The position numbers and the translations under genes are program-made. A stretch of 64,000 nucleotides of DNA from Candidatus Altiarchaeota archaeon (GTDB taxonomy: Archaea; Altiarchaeota; Altiarchaeia; IMC4; SCGC-AAA252-I15): positions 1,975-65,974 of the forward strand of contig JAZDMS010000017.1 of the NCBI GenBank assembly GCA_043800705.1. Reading direction: 5' to 3'. Under the pieces are notes generated by a model that had not been told where the DNA came from, searched no databases, and saw nothing but the letters and a program-made list of their open reading frames with translations. Numbering within the stretch: the first letter of the stretch is position 1; each line of letters opens with the position of its first letter. Shown here piece after piece: positions 9,728-17,954 of the stretch.

Positions 9728-9974
9728 ATTGGGCTGAAACTAGGCGTTAGGACAATAAAAAGGGCGACTTTTTTCGGCGCTACAATCTCATGAGTATTGA
9801 CGCCGCAGCCGTCACGCATCCCAGGTTCAGGACTGCGAGGACCGTCCTCCCGAATATGAGCGCGTCGGCAACCAGCATGATACAACCGATGATGCAGGCG
9901 ACTGTTGAGGCGGATAGTCCTACTGTCTACAACTCCGGTGTATTTATCAATGCAATATAATATAGGGGGTAAAA

Positions 9975-10571
9975 ATGCCAGAGAAAAAACTCAAGGTAGT
10001 CGCCTTCTCAGGGAGCGCGAGGATGGATGGAAACACGTCGATACTCGTGAAGAGGGTTTTCGCTGAATTGGAGAAGGGAGGAATATCCACAGAACTCGTG
10101 CAGCTTGCCGGAAAACCCGTGCGCGGCTGCATCGCATGCTACAAGTGCTTCGAGAACAAGGACCGCCGCTGCGCGGTGGGCGGGGACATCATAAACGAAT
10201 GCATCGGGAAGATGCTCGAAGCCGATGCCGTCATACTCGCGACCCCGACGTATTTCGCGGACGCAAGCCCCGAGATAATGGCTCTGGTGGGCAGGGCGGG
10301 GATGGTGGCGCGAGCCAACGGGCACATGTTCGCAAGGAAGCCCGGCGCCGCCGTCATAGCGGTCCGCAGGGCCGGAGCGACCCATGCGTTCGACAGCCTC
10401 AACCACTTCTTCACCATCAGCCAGATGATCATCGTGGGCTCCTCCTACTGGAACATCGGCATCGGCAGGGAGGCCGGCGAGGTCATGAAGGACGAGGAGG
10501 GCATGAAGACGATGGAAGTCCTCGGACAGAACATGGCATGGCTCCTAAAGAGGATAAACGGCCTAGGCTGA
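9975..10571 (+). CDS. Flavodoxin-like NAD(P)H-dependent FMN reductase / iron-sulfur flavoprotein family
   Basis: KVVAFSGSARMDGNTS matches the N-terminal FMN-binding loop. A Cys cluster CIACYKC...C follows. The ATG is preceded by GGGGGT. Confidence 0.75.
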   Translation: MPEKKLKVVAFSGSARMDGNTSILVKRVFAELEKGGISTELVQLAGKPVRGCIACYKCFENKDRRCAVGGDIINECIGKMLEADAVILATPTYFADASPEIMALVGRAGMVARANGHMFARKPGAAVIAVRRAGATHAFDSLNHFFTISQMIIVGSSYWNIGIGREAGEVMKDEEGMKTMEVLGQNMAWLLKRINGLG

Positions 10572-10637
10572 GGCGCAGCCGCGTTACCTCTAATTAATCG
10601 TTTTCCTTTTATCCTTAGCCGCGCATATCCGGGAAAT

Positions 10638-11627
10638 ATGGCCATCGTCGACATCCGCGACCTGAGCAGGGATTTCGGCTCGCTGAAGGCGGTCGACAAA
10701 GTCACATTCGCCGTCGAGGAGGGGGAGATATTCGGTTTCCTCGGCCCCAACGGAGCCGGCAAGACGACGACGCTGTCGATGCTTTCTACGCTTCTTGAGC
10801 CCACATCCGGCCATGCCACGGTCAATGGATTCGACATCGAGGCTCAGAAGGACGATGTCCGCAAGAGCATCGGCATAGTCTTCCAGGACCAGAGCCTCGA
10901 CGAGGAGCTAACGGCCTATGAGAACATGGACTTCCACGGCAGGCTCTATCGCGTTCCCAAGGAGATACGAACGGCGAGGATACCGGAGCTTCTGAGGCTG
11001 GTCGAGCTGGAAGACAGGGAGGACGACCTTGTCAAGACGTTCTCCGGCGGGATGAGACGGAGGCTGGAGATAGCGCGCGGCCTCCTGCACGAGCCCAGGG
11101 TCCTCTTCCTCGACGAGCCCACATTGGGCCTGGATCCGCAGACGAGGAACAAGATATGGGAATACGTCCAGAACCTCAACCAGACCAAGAAGATGACCAT
11201 CATACTCACCACCCATTACATGGACGAGGCGGACCGTCTCAGCAACAGGGTGGCGATAATCGACGCAGGCAGGATAATCGCCATCGATACGCCTCAGAAG
11301 CTGAAAGACAGCATCGGCGGCGACATCATCACGTTCAAGACCTCTGACAACAAGGCCGTGTTGGAGATGGCGAAGAAGAGGCCCTGGTTCAAGTCCTCGA
11401 AGGAGGACGACAGCCGCATCGTCCTGAACGTCGCCGACGCGGAGACGAACGTTGCCGACCTGGTCAGCCTCGCCTGCGGCGCGGGAATAGCGGTCCAATC
11501 CATCAGCATAAACCAGCCGACCCTGGAGGATGTGTTCCTCCACTATACGGGGAAGACTATCAGGGCCCAGGATGCCGATCCGAAGGACCGGATGCGCAGG
11601 ATGCGGCAGATGCGGGGGAGGAGATGA
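10638..11627 (+). CDS. ABC transporter ATP-binding protein (ABC-2/DrrA-like exporter)
   Basis: Walker A is GPNGAGKTT, the ABC signature is FSGGMRRRL, and Walker B is LFLDEPT. Confidence 0.92.
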   Translation: MAIVDIRDLSRDFGSLKAVDKVTFAVEEGEIFGFLGPNGAGKTTTLSMLSTLLEPTSGHATVNGFDIEAQKDDVRKSIGIVFQDQSLDEELTAYENMDFHGRLYRVPKEIRTARIPELLRLVELEDREDDLVKTFSGGMRRRLEIARGLLHEPRVLFLDEPTLGLDPQTRNKIWEYVQNLNQTKKMTIILTTHYMDEADRLSNRVAIIDAGRIIAIDTPQKLKDSIGGDIITFKTSDNKAVLEMAKKRPWFKSSKEDDSRIVLNVADAETNVADLVSLACGAGIAVQSISINQPTLEDVFLHYTGKTIRAQDADPKDRMRRMRQMRGRR

Positions 11628-11628
11628 G

Positions 11629-12378
11629 ATGGACGTAGTCTACACCATCTGGCTCCGTAGCATGAAAAGATACGTGCGCTCCAAGAGCAGGATGCTCGGG
11701 ACCCTTGGCATGCCGCTGTTCTTCCTCCTGATACTCGGAGGAGGCCTCAATTCCATGGTGAACACCGGGATGGGCATGAGCTATATGGGCTTCATAATTC
11801 CGGGCATCGTGGCGATGAGCGTCCTTTTCACGTCGATGTTCTCCGGCATCCAGATAATCTGGGACAAGCAGTTCGGTTTCCTGAAGGAGACCCTCGTGGC
11901 GCCGATATCCCGGCTGGAGATCATGCTCGGCCAGACGTTCGGCGGCGCTACGACGGCTGTCATACAGGGCCTGTTGACGCTAGTCATCGCCCTTCTGATC
12001 GGCAGCGGCCTGTCAATAACCCTCGCTGGCTTCCTCATCGCAGTCGGCTTCATGACCCTCATGGGCGTCGCATTCACCGCGTTGGGCATTGCGTTCGCCT
12101 CCAAGATGGATGACATGCACGGCTTCCAGCTGATAATGAACTTCTTCATCTTCCCGATATTCGGCCTCAGCGGGGCGCTTTTCCCTATAACGAGCCTGCC
12201 CGGGTGGGCACGGAACCTGACTTATCTGGACCCTATGACGTATGCGGTGCAGGGGATAAGGTACGGACTCCTCGGGACTTCGGAGATAAGCCCGGCGGTG
12301 TCCTTTGCGGTCCTCATGGGGTTCACCGTCGCGACGATGCTCCTTGGGCAGTATCTCTTCAAGAAGACGAAGGTTTGA
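11629..12378 (+). CDS. ABC-2 type transporter permease
   Basis: Multi-pass hydrophobic protein. The in-frame ATG at 11629 (MDVVYTIWLRS) lies 1 nt after the ATPase stop. The track ORF start at 11530 sits inside the ATPase gene. Confidence 0.85.
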   Translation: MDVVYTIWLRSMKRYVRSKSRMLGTLGMPLFFLLILGGGLNSMVNTGMGMSYMGFIIPGIVAMSVLFTSMFSGIQIIWDKQFGFLKETLVAPISRLEIMLGQTFGGATTAVIQGLLTLVIALLIGSGLSITLAGFLIAVGFMTLMGVAFTALGIAFASKMDDMHGFQLIMNFFIFPIFGLSGALFPITSLPGWARNLTYLDPMTYAVQGIRYGLLGTSEISPAVSFAVLMGFTVATMLLGQYLFKKTKV

Positions 12379-12388
12379 ATCGGTCAGG

Positions 12389-13033
12389 TCACTGGAGGCA
12401 TCTGCCTTCGAAGCATCCGTGCTCGCATTCGACCACCGACGCCCTGTAGTGGCTCCTCTTGCGGGGTTCGCAGGTCCCCTCCTGCAGCTCCGACGGATTC
12501 AGGCATGTGTCGAGCCATACCCTCCTGCCGTTAAGGGTAACCTCCCCCATCCGGTTCGGATTGAAGCCACCGTCGTAGTCGACGCAGACGTATCCCTGGT
12601 TTATCACGAGGACCAAAGGCATCGTCCGGTTGCCGGCGTCGGATGGCGCATCCGTCGTCGGTTCTGGGGCCGGGACGGTGGTCGTCGTCTGGAACGGCTC
12701 GTAGGTAGATTGCGTCATCGTTGACACGTATCGGGACGTGCTGTCATACCCCAACGGACGCAGGCATGCCCCCTCGAAACAGCCCAGGTCGCATTCGACG
12801 ACGTCCACCTTGTACCTGAATGGTCTTTTTTCGTCGCATCGGCCCTTCAGGAGCTGGGACGGGTTGAGACAGTTGTCTATCCAGGCGTTCCTGTCGTTCA
12901 TCGAAACAACCCCCCTCAGATAGGTGTCTAATGCGTTTTCGTCACTGCATGCGTACACGGATTCGTACTGGGCCGAAACGACGCCACTCACGGCCAACAA
13001 CGACACAAACAAGAACAACACCGTATATCTCAT
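12389..13033 (-). CDS. Secreted Cys-rich protein made of two homologous domains joined by a Thr/Pro linker
   Basis: The signal peptide is MRYTVLFLFVSLLAVSGVVSA. The motif W(I/L)D(N/T)CLNPS(Q/E)L...VVEC(D/E)xGCFEGxCL occurs twice. Confidence 0.7.
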   Translation of the reverse strand: MRYTVLFLFVSLLAVSGVVSAQYESVYACSDENALDTYLRGVVSMNDRNAWIDNCLNPSQLLKGRCDEKRPFRYKVDVVECDLGCFEGACLRPLGYDSTSRYVSTMTQSTYEPFQTTTTVPAPEPTTDAPSDAGNRTMPLVLVINQGYVCVDYDGGFNPNRMGEVTLNGRRVWLDTCLNPSELQEGTCEPRKRSHYRASVVECEHGCFEGRCLQ

Positions 13034-13081
13034 CAGCCACTCACCGCACTTAATTGATTGACGCCGGGATATAAAAGACGT

Positions 13082-14584
13082 TCACTCGACCATGACATGG
13101 GCCTTGCCCCCCCTTTCCTCGACGATGATGTTCAAGGCCAGGAATGCGCCTATGACGACGAGGATGGCGGCGGTCACGAACACGGTATGGTACGCCTCTA
13201 TCTGCGCCTTGAGGACTATCAGGCCCATGACCTTCCCCCTTATCAGGGGGTCAGAGGACCTGACCACGGTGTTGCGGGCTATCTCCATTATGCCGCTCTC
13301 CGTGGAGTATTTAAGCAACGTGGAGAACAGGGCGATGCCGAAGGCGCCTGCGATGTTCCTAGCCAGGGCAAGCGTCGACGAGGCCATTCCCATCTCATTG
13401 TCCTCGACGATCGATGCGATGACGTTGGTCCTCTGAGCCATCCCGAATCCCATGCAGAACGCCATCAGGGTTATCGGGATAATAACATCAAGAGGCCCCG
13501 AACGCGCATCGAGGCCGGTGAAGATGTAGAGCCCGATTCCCGCACCGAGGGTGCTCAAGGCGATGACGTACCTTGGCTGGACCCTTCCGGTCAGGCTTGC
13601 GCCTAGGGGGGCGGCGGCCATTAGGCCGAATGCCATCGGCATGAACAATAGTCCGGTTTGCGTCGCATTGTAGCCCATGTATGTCTGGGCGAATATCGGC
13701 AGGAGGAACACGCCGCCCATCATCCCCATGAAGATTATGAAGTTGTTTATGAGGGTGTTGTTGAAGGCGCCTATCCTGAAGAACTTGAAGTCGACGATCG
13801 GCTCTGGATGGTTCAGGTCGATGATGTAGAATATCGCGGTGAACACCACCACCGCGAGGTAGCATAGGACGGCCTCGGTAGAAGTCCATCCCCAGTCGAG
13901 TCCCTTGTCCAGGACCAGCACCAGGGCGGAGAGCGCGATTCCCAGCGTGATCGCCCCCCACCAGTCGAACCTGACGGTCTTTTTCTCGGAAACCGATTCC
14001 TCGACGAATATTATCGCCATGGCCAATCCGACGATTCCGACCGGGAGATTGATGAGGAATACGCTCCTCCATCCGAAATTGTCTATTAGGGGGCCGCCGA
14101 TGAGAGGGCCGAATACTGCAGCCGCCGCGAACGATGCCGACCAGAGGCCGAGGGCCTGCGCCCTCTCCCTGCCCTGTTTGAAGGTGACGGCGAGTATCGC
14201 CATGGCTGTCGGGTAGTCGGCCGAGCTGGCTACGGCCTGGATGACCCTGAAGACCAGCATCGATTTGAGGTCCCATGCCAGGCCGGCTAGGATGGAGCCT
14301 GCGATGAATATGGTGAACCCGAATATGTAGACCTTCTTCCTGCCTATCGTGTCGCCTAGCTTTCCCCAGACGGGGACGAAGACTGCGTTTGCGAGGATGT
14401 ATGCGGTTGCTATCCAGCCGGCCTGGGAGACGGTTATCGCGAAGGTGTCGATTATCTTCGGGAGGGCGAGGTTGACTATCGTCTGGTCGAGCCTGCCGAG
14501 GAAGGTCCCTATGATGACAGTGAGGAGTATCCACCACTTGAGCGGGTTGCCGTTTTCGCCTCCGCCGTCGTCTTTATTTTCCAT
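13082..14584 (-). CDS. MFS transporter, DHA2 (EmrB/QacA-like, about 14 TMS) drug:H+ antiporter family
   Basis: 500 aa with about 14 hydrophobic segments. The motif GKLGDTIGRKKV fits MFS motif A. Confidence 0.88.
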   Translation of the reverse strand: MENKDDGGGENGNPLKWWILLTVIIGTFLGRLDQTIVNLALPKIIDTFAITVSQAGWIATAYILANAVFVPVWGKLGDTIGRKKVYIFGFTIFIAGSILAGLAWDLKSMLVFRVIQAVASSADYPTAMAILAVTFKQGRERAQALGLWSASFAAAAVFGPLIGGPLIDNFGWRSVFLINLPVGIVGLAMAIIFVEESVSEKKTVRFDWWGAITLGIALSALVLVLDKGLDWGWTSTEAVLCYLAVVVFTAIFYIIDLNHPEPIVDFKFFRIGAFNNTLINNFIIFMGMMGGVFLLPIFAQTYMGYNATQTGLLFMPMAFGLMAAAPLGASLTGRVQPRYVIALSTLGAGIGLYIFTGLDARSGPLDVIIPITLMAFCMGFGMAQRTNVIASIVEDNEMGMASSTLALARNIAGAFGIALFSTLLKYSTESGIMEIARNTVVRSSDPLIRGKVMGLIVLKAQIEAYHTVFVTAAILVVIGAFLALNIIVEERGGKAHVMVE

Positions 14585-14597
14585 GCGGCTGCGTCCG

Positions 14598-15275
14598 TCA
14601 TTTGTATATCCACATCTTCGCGGACATGCCGTTCTTCAGCTCGGGGTAGGCCTTCACGTCGAATGAGGCTTCTATGTCGAATTCCCTCTCCTCCCGCTGG
14701 TCTGATATGCTGAATACCACGTCGGAGGACCTCGCCGCCGGCGCGATCTGCGTCACCGTCCCATCGTATTCCTTAGAACCGTACGCGTCTACTGTGAATA
14801 CGACCCTCTGGCCGAGTCTCACGTCGGCGAGGCCCTTGTCCTCCTGCAGCCTACCCGTCACCCTGAGCTCCCGGGGGTCTATCATCCGGATTATGGGCGT
14901 CTGCAGGGTGGCGACCTGTCCGGGGGTGTTCGTTATCGACAGGATGAGTCCGGCTATCGGCGCTTTTATGGTCTCGTCCCCGACTTTTGCGAGAATCTGG
15001 TTCTTTCTCACGGTCTTGCCGGACTCGACGAAGAACTTGTCGATCGTTCCCGCCGATGACGGGGTGAGCATTATCGTCGGCGCGCTTATCTCGGACTTCT
15101 CGACGTATATCCTCGTCTGCAGGACGAGGAGGTACATGGCGCCGCCTACCGCGGCGATGATGGTGATTACTGCGATCGCCGCGACAAGGCGCGGGTTTTG
15201 GCCTAATTTCTCGGATATCCTCTTTTTTCCCCCCTCTTCTTCCTGTCTCTTCTGATCTGGCTTTTCCATCTTCAT
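14598..15275 (-). CDS. HlyD/EmrA-family membrane-fusion-like protein (short form)
   Basis: It has an N-terminal TM segment and a lipoyl-like hairpin (ILAKVGDETIKAPIAGLILSI). ATGA overlap with the MarR gene stop. Confidence 0.7.
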   Translation of the reverse strand: MKMEKPDQKRQEEEGGKKRISEKLGQNPRLVAAIAVITIIAAVGGAMYLLVLQTRIYVEKSEISAPTIMLTPSSAGTIDKFFVESGKTVRKNQILAKVGDETIKAPIAGLILSITNTPGQVATLQTPIIRMIDPRELRVTGRLQEDKGLADVRLGQRVVFTVDAYGSKEYDGTVTQIAPAARSSDVVFSISDQREEREFDIEASFDVKAYPELKNGMSAKMWIYK

Positions 15276-15721
15276 GTCTCCTTGTTCATGCCTGCGATTA
15301 TTCTGTTGATGTTCCGGAGCGAATCGCTCAGGGTATTAAGCTCATCGGGGCCGAGAGACGATAGGTTGTCCTGTATGTTCGCCTTCACCGTCCGCTTGCT
15401 CACGCTCATATATTTCCTGCCGTCCTCGGTGATGGCTATCCTCGCGATCCTGCGGTCCTTCGCGTCCTGCATACGGCTCACATACCCCTCCTCTATCATC
15501 CGGTCTATCAGGCCCGTCATGTTAGGCTTGGAGACATACAACCTCTTTCCTATGGCCGAAATCGGCATAGGCCCCTCCTTGCACAGCATGCAGAGTATGG
15601 GAGCCTCCAGGTACGAGGCCCTCTTGCCTTTCGTCCTGCCCGACCCCTTCATGAGCATCATGTATGATAGGGGCCTGAAGAGCAGGAGGTTGTCCGAGAT
15701 GCTGTCGAGCGTCCCTTTCAT
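15272..15721 (-). CDS. MarR-family transcriptional regulator
   Basis: The wHTH region ISAIGKRLYVSKPNMTGLIDRMIEEGYVSR...DRR is typical of MarR. I moved the start to the ATG at 15721 because the track start at 15760 is TTG. Confidence 0.8.
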   Translation of the reverse strand: MKGTLDSISDNLLLFRPLSYMMLMKGSGRTKGKRASYLEAPILCMLCKEGPMPISAIGKRLYVSKPNMTGLIDRMIEEGYVSRMQDAKDRRIARIAITEDGRKYMSVSKRTVKANIQDNLSSLGPDELNTLSDSLRNINRIIAGMNKET

Positions 15722-15742
15722 ACTGCTAAATTGAAACTGATA

Positions 15743-15767
15743 GTTATACAATATAACCAAATATAAA
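15743..15767 (-). promoter_or_regulatory. AT-rich TATA-like promoter region of the MarR-HlyD-MFS operon
   Basis: The minus strand reads TTTATATTTGGTTATATTGTATAAC, 22-46 nt upstream of the ATG at 15721. Confidence 0.3.
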
Positions 15768-15823
15768 CCCCTGGCTTACTTTGGGGTATCCGCCATCTCA
15801 TCGGGGTGTTTGGGCGTCCCGTT

Positions 15824-16735
15824 TCATCCGACGGGCGTAAGCCATTTCCTGTACTTTTGGTCCCTTCCCTTGACTATGTCGAAGAACTTCGTCTGTATCC
15901 TCTGCGTCACGGGCCCTATGCCTCCGTATCTCTTCTTGTCGATCTGCCTGATGGGGGTGACTTCTGCGGCGGTGCCGGTAAGGAAGACTTCGTCCGCGGA
16001 TAGGAGCTCCCTCATCGTGATCTTCCCGACCCTGACATTGTAGCCGAGGCCTTTGGCTATGGTCTTTACCGCGTCCTGGGTTATCCCCCTGAGGGCGCCG
16101 GACTCGTCGGAGGTTGTGGCGACGGTCTTCCCCTTGACTATGAACAGGTTCTCGCCGGACCCTTCGGCGACCGTCCCTTTGGCGTTGAGCATGATGGCCT
16201 CGTCGTAGCCTCTCTTGATCGCGTCCATCTTGGCGAGGGCGCTGTTGGCGTAGTTCGCCGTCGCCTTCGACTGCGGAGGCATGATGTCTTCGCTTATCCT
16301 CCTCCACTTTGAGACGGTTATCTTTGCGCCCCTGCGCAGGCCCTCCTCTCCTAGGTACGCCCCCCACTTCCACGCCGCTATCGCAACGTCGACCGGGTTG
16401 TTGAGGGGGTATACTCCGAGCTCCTTGTACCCGAAGAAGGCGATCGGCCTGATGTAGCATTCATCTAGCCTATTGGCCTTGACGGTGTCTACTGTAGCCT
16501 GGCAGAGTTCCTGGACCGAATAGGGGATTTTCATGCTGTAAAATCCCGCGCTCCTTTTCAACCTCTGCATGTGCTCCTTCAGCCTGAAGATCGCAGGCCC
16601 TTCTTTGGTGTCGTAGCATCTGCAGCTTTCGAAAACCCCTGTCCCGTAGTGCAGGGCGTGCGTTAGCACGTGGACCTTGGCGTCGTCCCATTTCACGAGG
16701 GATCCGTCGAACCAGATGTAGTCCGTCTTGTCCAT
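15824..16735 (-). CDS. ilvE: Branched-chain amino acid aminotransferase (class IV PLP enzyme)
   Basis: 303 aa. It begins IWFDGSLVKWDDAKVHVLTHALHYGTGVFE and contains EGSGENLF, both typical of IlvE. Confidence 0.9.
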   Translation of the reverse strand: MDKTDYIWFDGSLVKWDDAKVHVLTHALHYGTGVFESCRCYDTKEGPAIFRLKEHMQRLKRSAGFYSMKIPYSVQELCQATVDTVKANRLDECYIRPIAFFGYKELGVYPLNNPVDVAIAAWKWGAYLGEEGLRRGAKITVSKWRRISEDIMPPQSKATANYANSALAKMDAIKRGYDEAIMLNAKGTVAEGSGENLFIVKGKTVATTSDESGALRGITQDAVKTIAKGLGYNVRVGKITMRELLSADEVFLTGTAAEVTPIRQIDKKRYGGIGPVTQRIQTKFFDIVKGRDQKYRKWLTPVG

Positions 16736-16780
16736 GTGCTACTAATTAATATGTACTCGGGATTTAAACGCATTAGGCCG

Positions 16781-17935
16781 CTACCCCCAAACTCCCGCTA
16801 TGCTCTGTCCGCAAAATCCGCATACGCCCCCTTGCATGTGGTTATTTGTTATCGTATAGCCACTGCGGGCAATAACGACTTTGCCGCATTTGGGGCAGCT
16901 CGTGTCCTCCAAATACAGTTCGGGTGCGTTTCCGACGTATACGTAGCTCAATCCCTCCTCCATTGCTGCCTTCCTCGCCTTAATTAGGTAGTCCGTCGGC
17001 GTAGGCGGAAGCTTGTCCAGCTTATATTGGGGGAAAAAGCGGCTTATGTGGAAGGGGTGTTCGGGGCCTATGTTCTTAACGAGCCATCCGGCCATCTCCC
17101 TGAACACGCCGATGTCGTCGGTCCAAGTCGGCACGACAAGATGGACTATCTCGAACCATACGCCTTTCTCGTGCAGTAGGCTGATGGTATCGAGCACCGG
17201 CCGGAGCGTGCCGGCGTTCAACTTCATGTACGTGCCGTCGCCGAAGCACTTGAGGTCGACGTGGGCGGCGTCGAGATACGGTGTGAGTTCCTCCATCGGC
17301 TCCCTGTTGATGTAGCCGTTCGTCACCATGATGTTCCGCACTCCCCGAGCCTTCGCAGCCTTTGCGGTCTCGAGCATGTATTCGTAGAAAATGGAGGGTT
17401 CGTTGTAGGTGTAGGCTATCGATTCCGCCCCGTCTCTTAAGGAGTTTTCTACGACGGTGCCCGGCGGCATGTCGACGGATTGCACATCTTCCGGCGCGGA
17501 TTGGCTCATCTGCCAGTTCTGGCAGTTGAGGCACCTGAGGTTGCATCCTGCGGTGCCTAAACTGTATGCCGCGGAGCCTGGCAGGAAATGGAAAAGCGGC
17601 TTCTTCTCGACCGGGTCGATGTGGGGGGAGGAAGCGGGATTCCCGAATACGAGCGTGTACAGCCTTCCCCCCTTGTTGACTCTCACCCTGCAAAGCCCAG
17701 TCTGGTCCGGCTGTAGGCTGCAGTTGTTGGGGCAAAGCCGGCACCTCACGTTTTCTCCCAAGGAGATATAGTGGCTGGCCTCCCTGGAGAATTTTCCAAG
17801 CTGAGCAGGGGCCGCCTGCTGATCGGATGCCCTCGGCAGCCTCGGTGCGCCAAGGAGTTCCTTCAGCCCGTATGCGCCGACCGCAACAGCGGCTGAGCCG
17901 ATAGCGGCCTTCTTTATGAACTCCCTCCTGGTCAT
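16781..17935 (-). CDS. Radical SAM enzyme of the AmmeMemoRadiSam / PflA-like class with a Tat-like N-terminal leader
   Basis: The leader is MTRREFIKKAAIGSAAVAVGAYG (twin-Arg plus a hydrophobic stretch). A CxxxCxxW radical-SAM cluster motif (CNLRCLNCQNW) is present. The C-terminal zinc ribbon is CPKCG...CGFCG. The ATG at 17935 is preferred over the track start at 17965. Confidence 0.75.
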   Translation of the reverse strand: MTRREFIKKAAIGSAAVAVGAYGLKELLGAPRLPRASDQQAAPAQLGKFSREASHYISLGENVRCRLCPNNCSLQPDQTGLCRVRVNKGGRLYTLVFGNPASSPHIDPVEKKPLFHFLPGSAAYSLGTAGCNLRCLNCQNWQMSQSAPEDVQSVDMPPGTVVENSLRDGAESIAYTYNEPSIFYEYMLETAKAAKARGVRNIMVTNGYINREPMEELTPYLDAAHVDLKCFGDGTYMKLNAGTLRPVLDTISLLHEKGVWFEIVHLVVPTWTDDIGVFREMAGWLVKNIGPEHPFHISRFFPQYKLDKLPPTPTDYLIKARKAAMEEGLSYVYVGNAPELYLEDTSCPKCGKVVIARSGYTITNNHMQGGVCGFCGQSIAGVWG

Positions 17936-17954
17936 GCCAGTTTCTTCGGCTTTT

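Noticed and set aside
9790-9950. Short hydrophobic ORF on the minus strand (about 32 aa from an ATG, MLVADALIFGRTVLAVLNLGCVTAAASILMRL) upstream of topA
   Set aside because: I see no recognisable RBS and it is very short. It could be real, but the sequence alone does not support it.
13488-14537. 349-aa ORF on the minus strand
   Set aside because: It is an alternative frame within the MFS transporter gene. Its Arg/Pro/His-rich composition has no TM segments or motifs.
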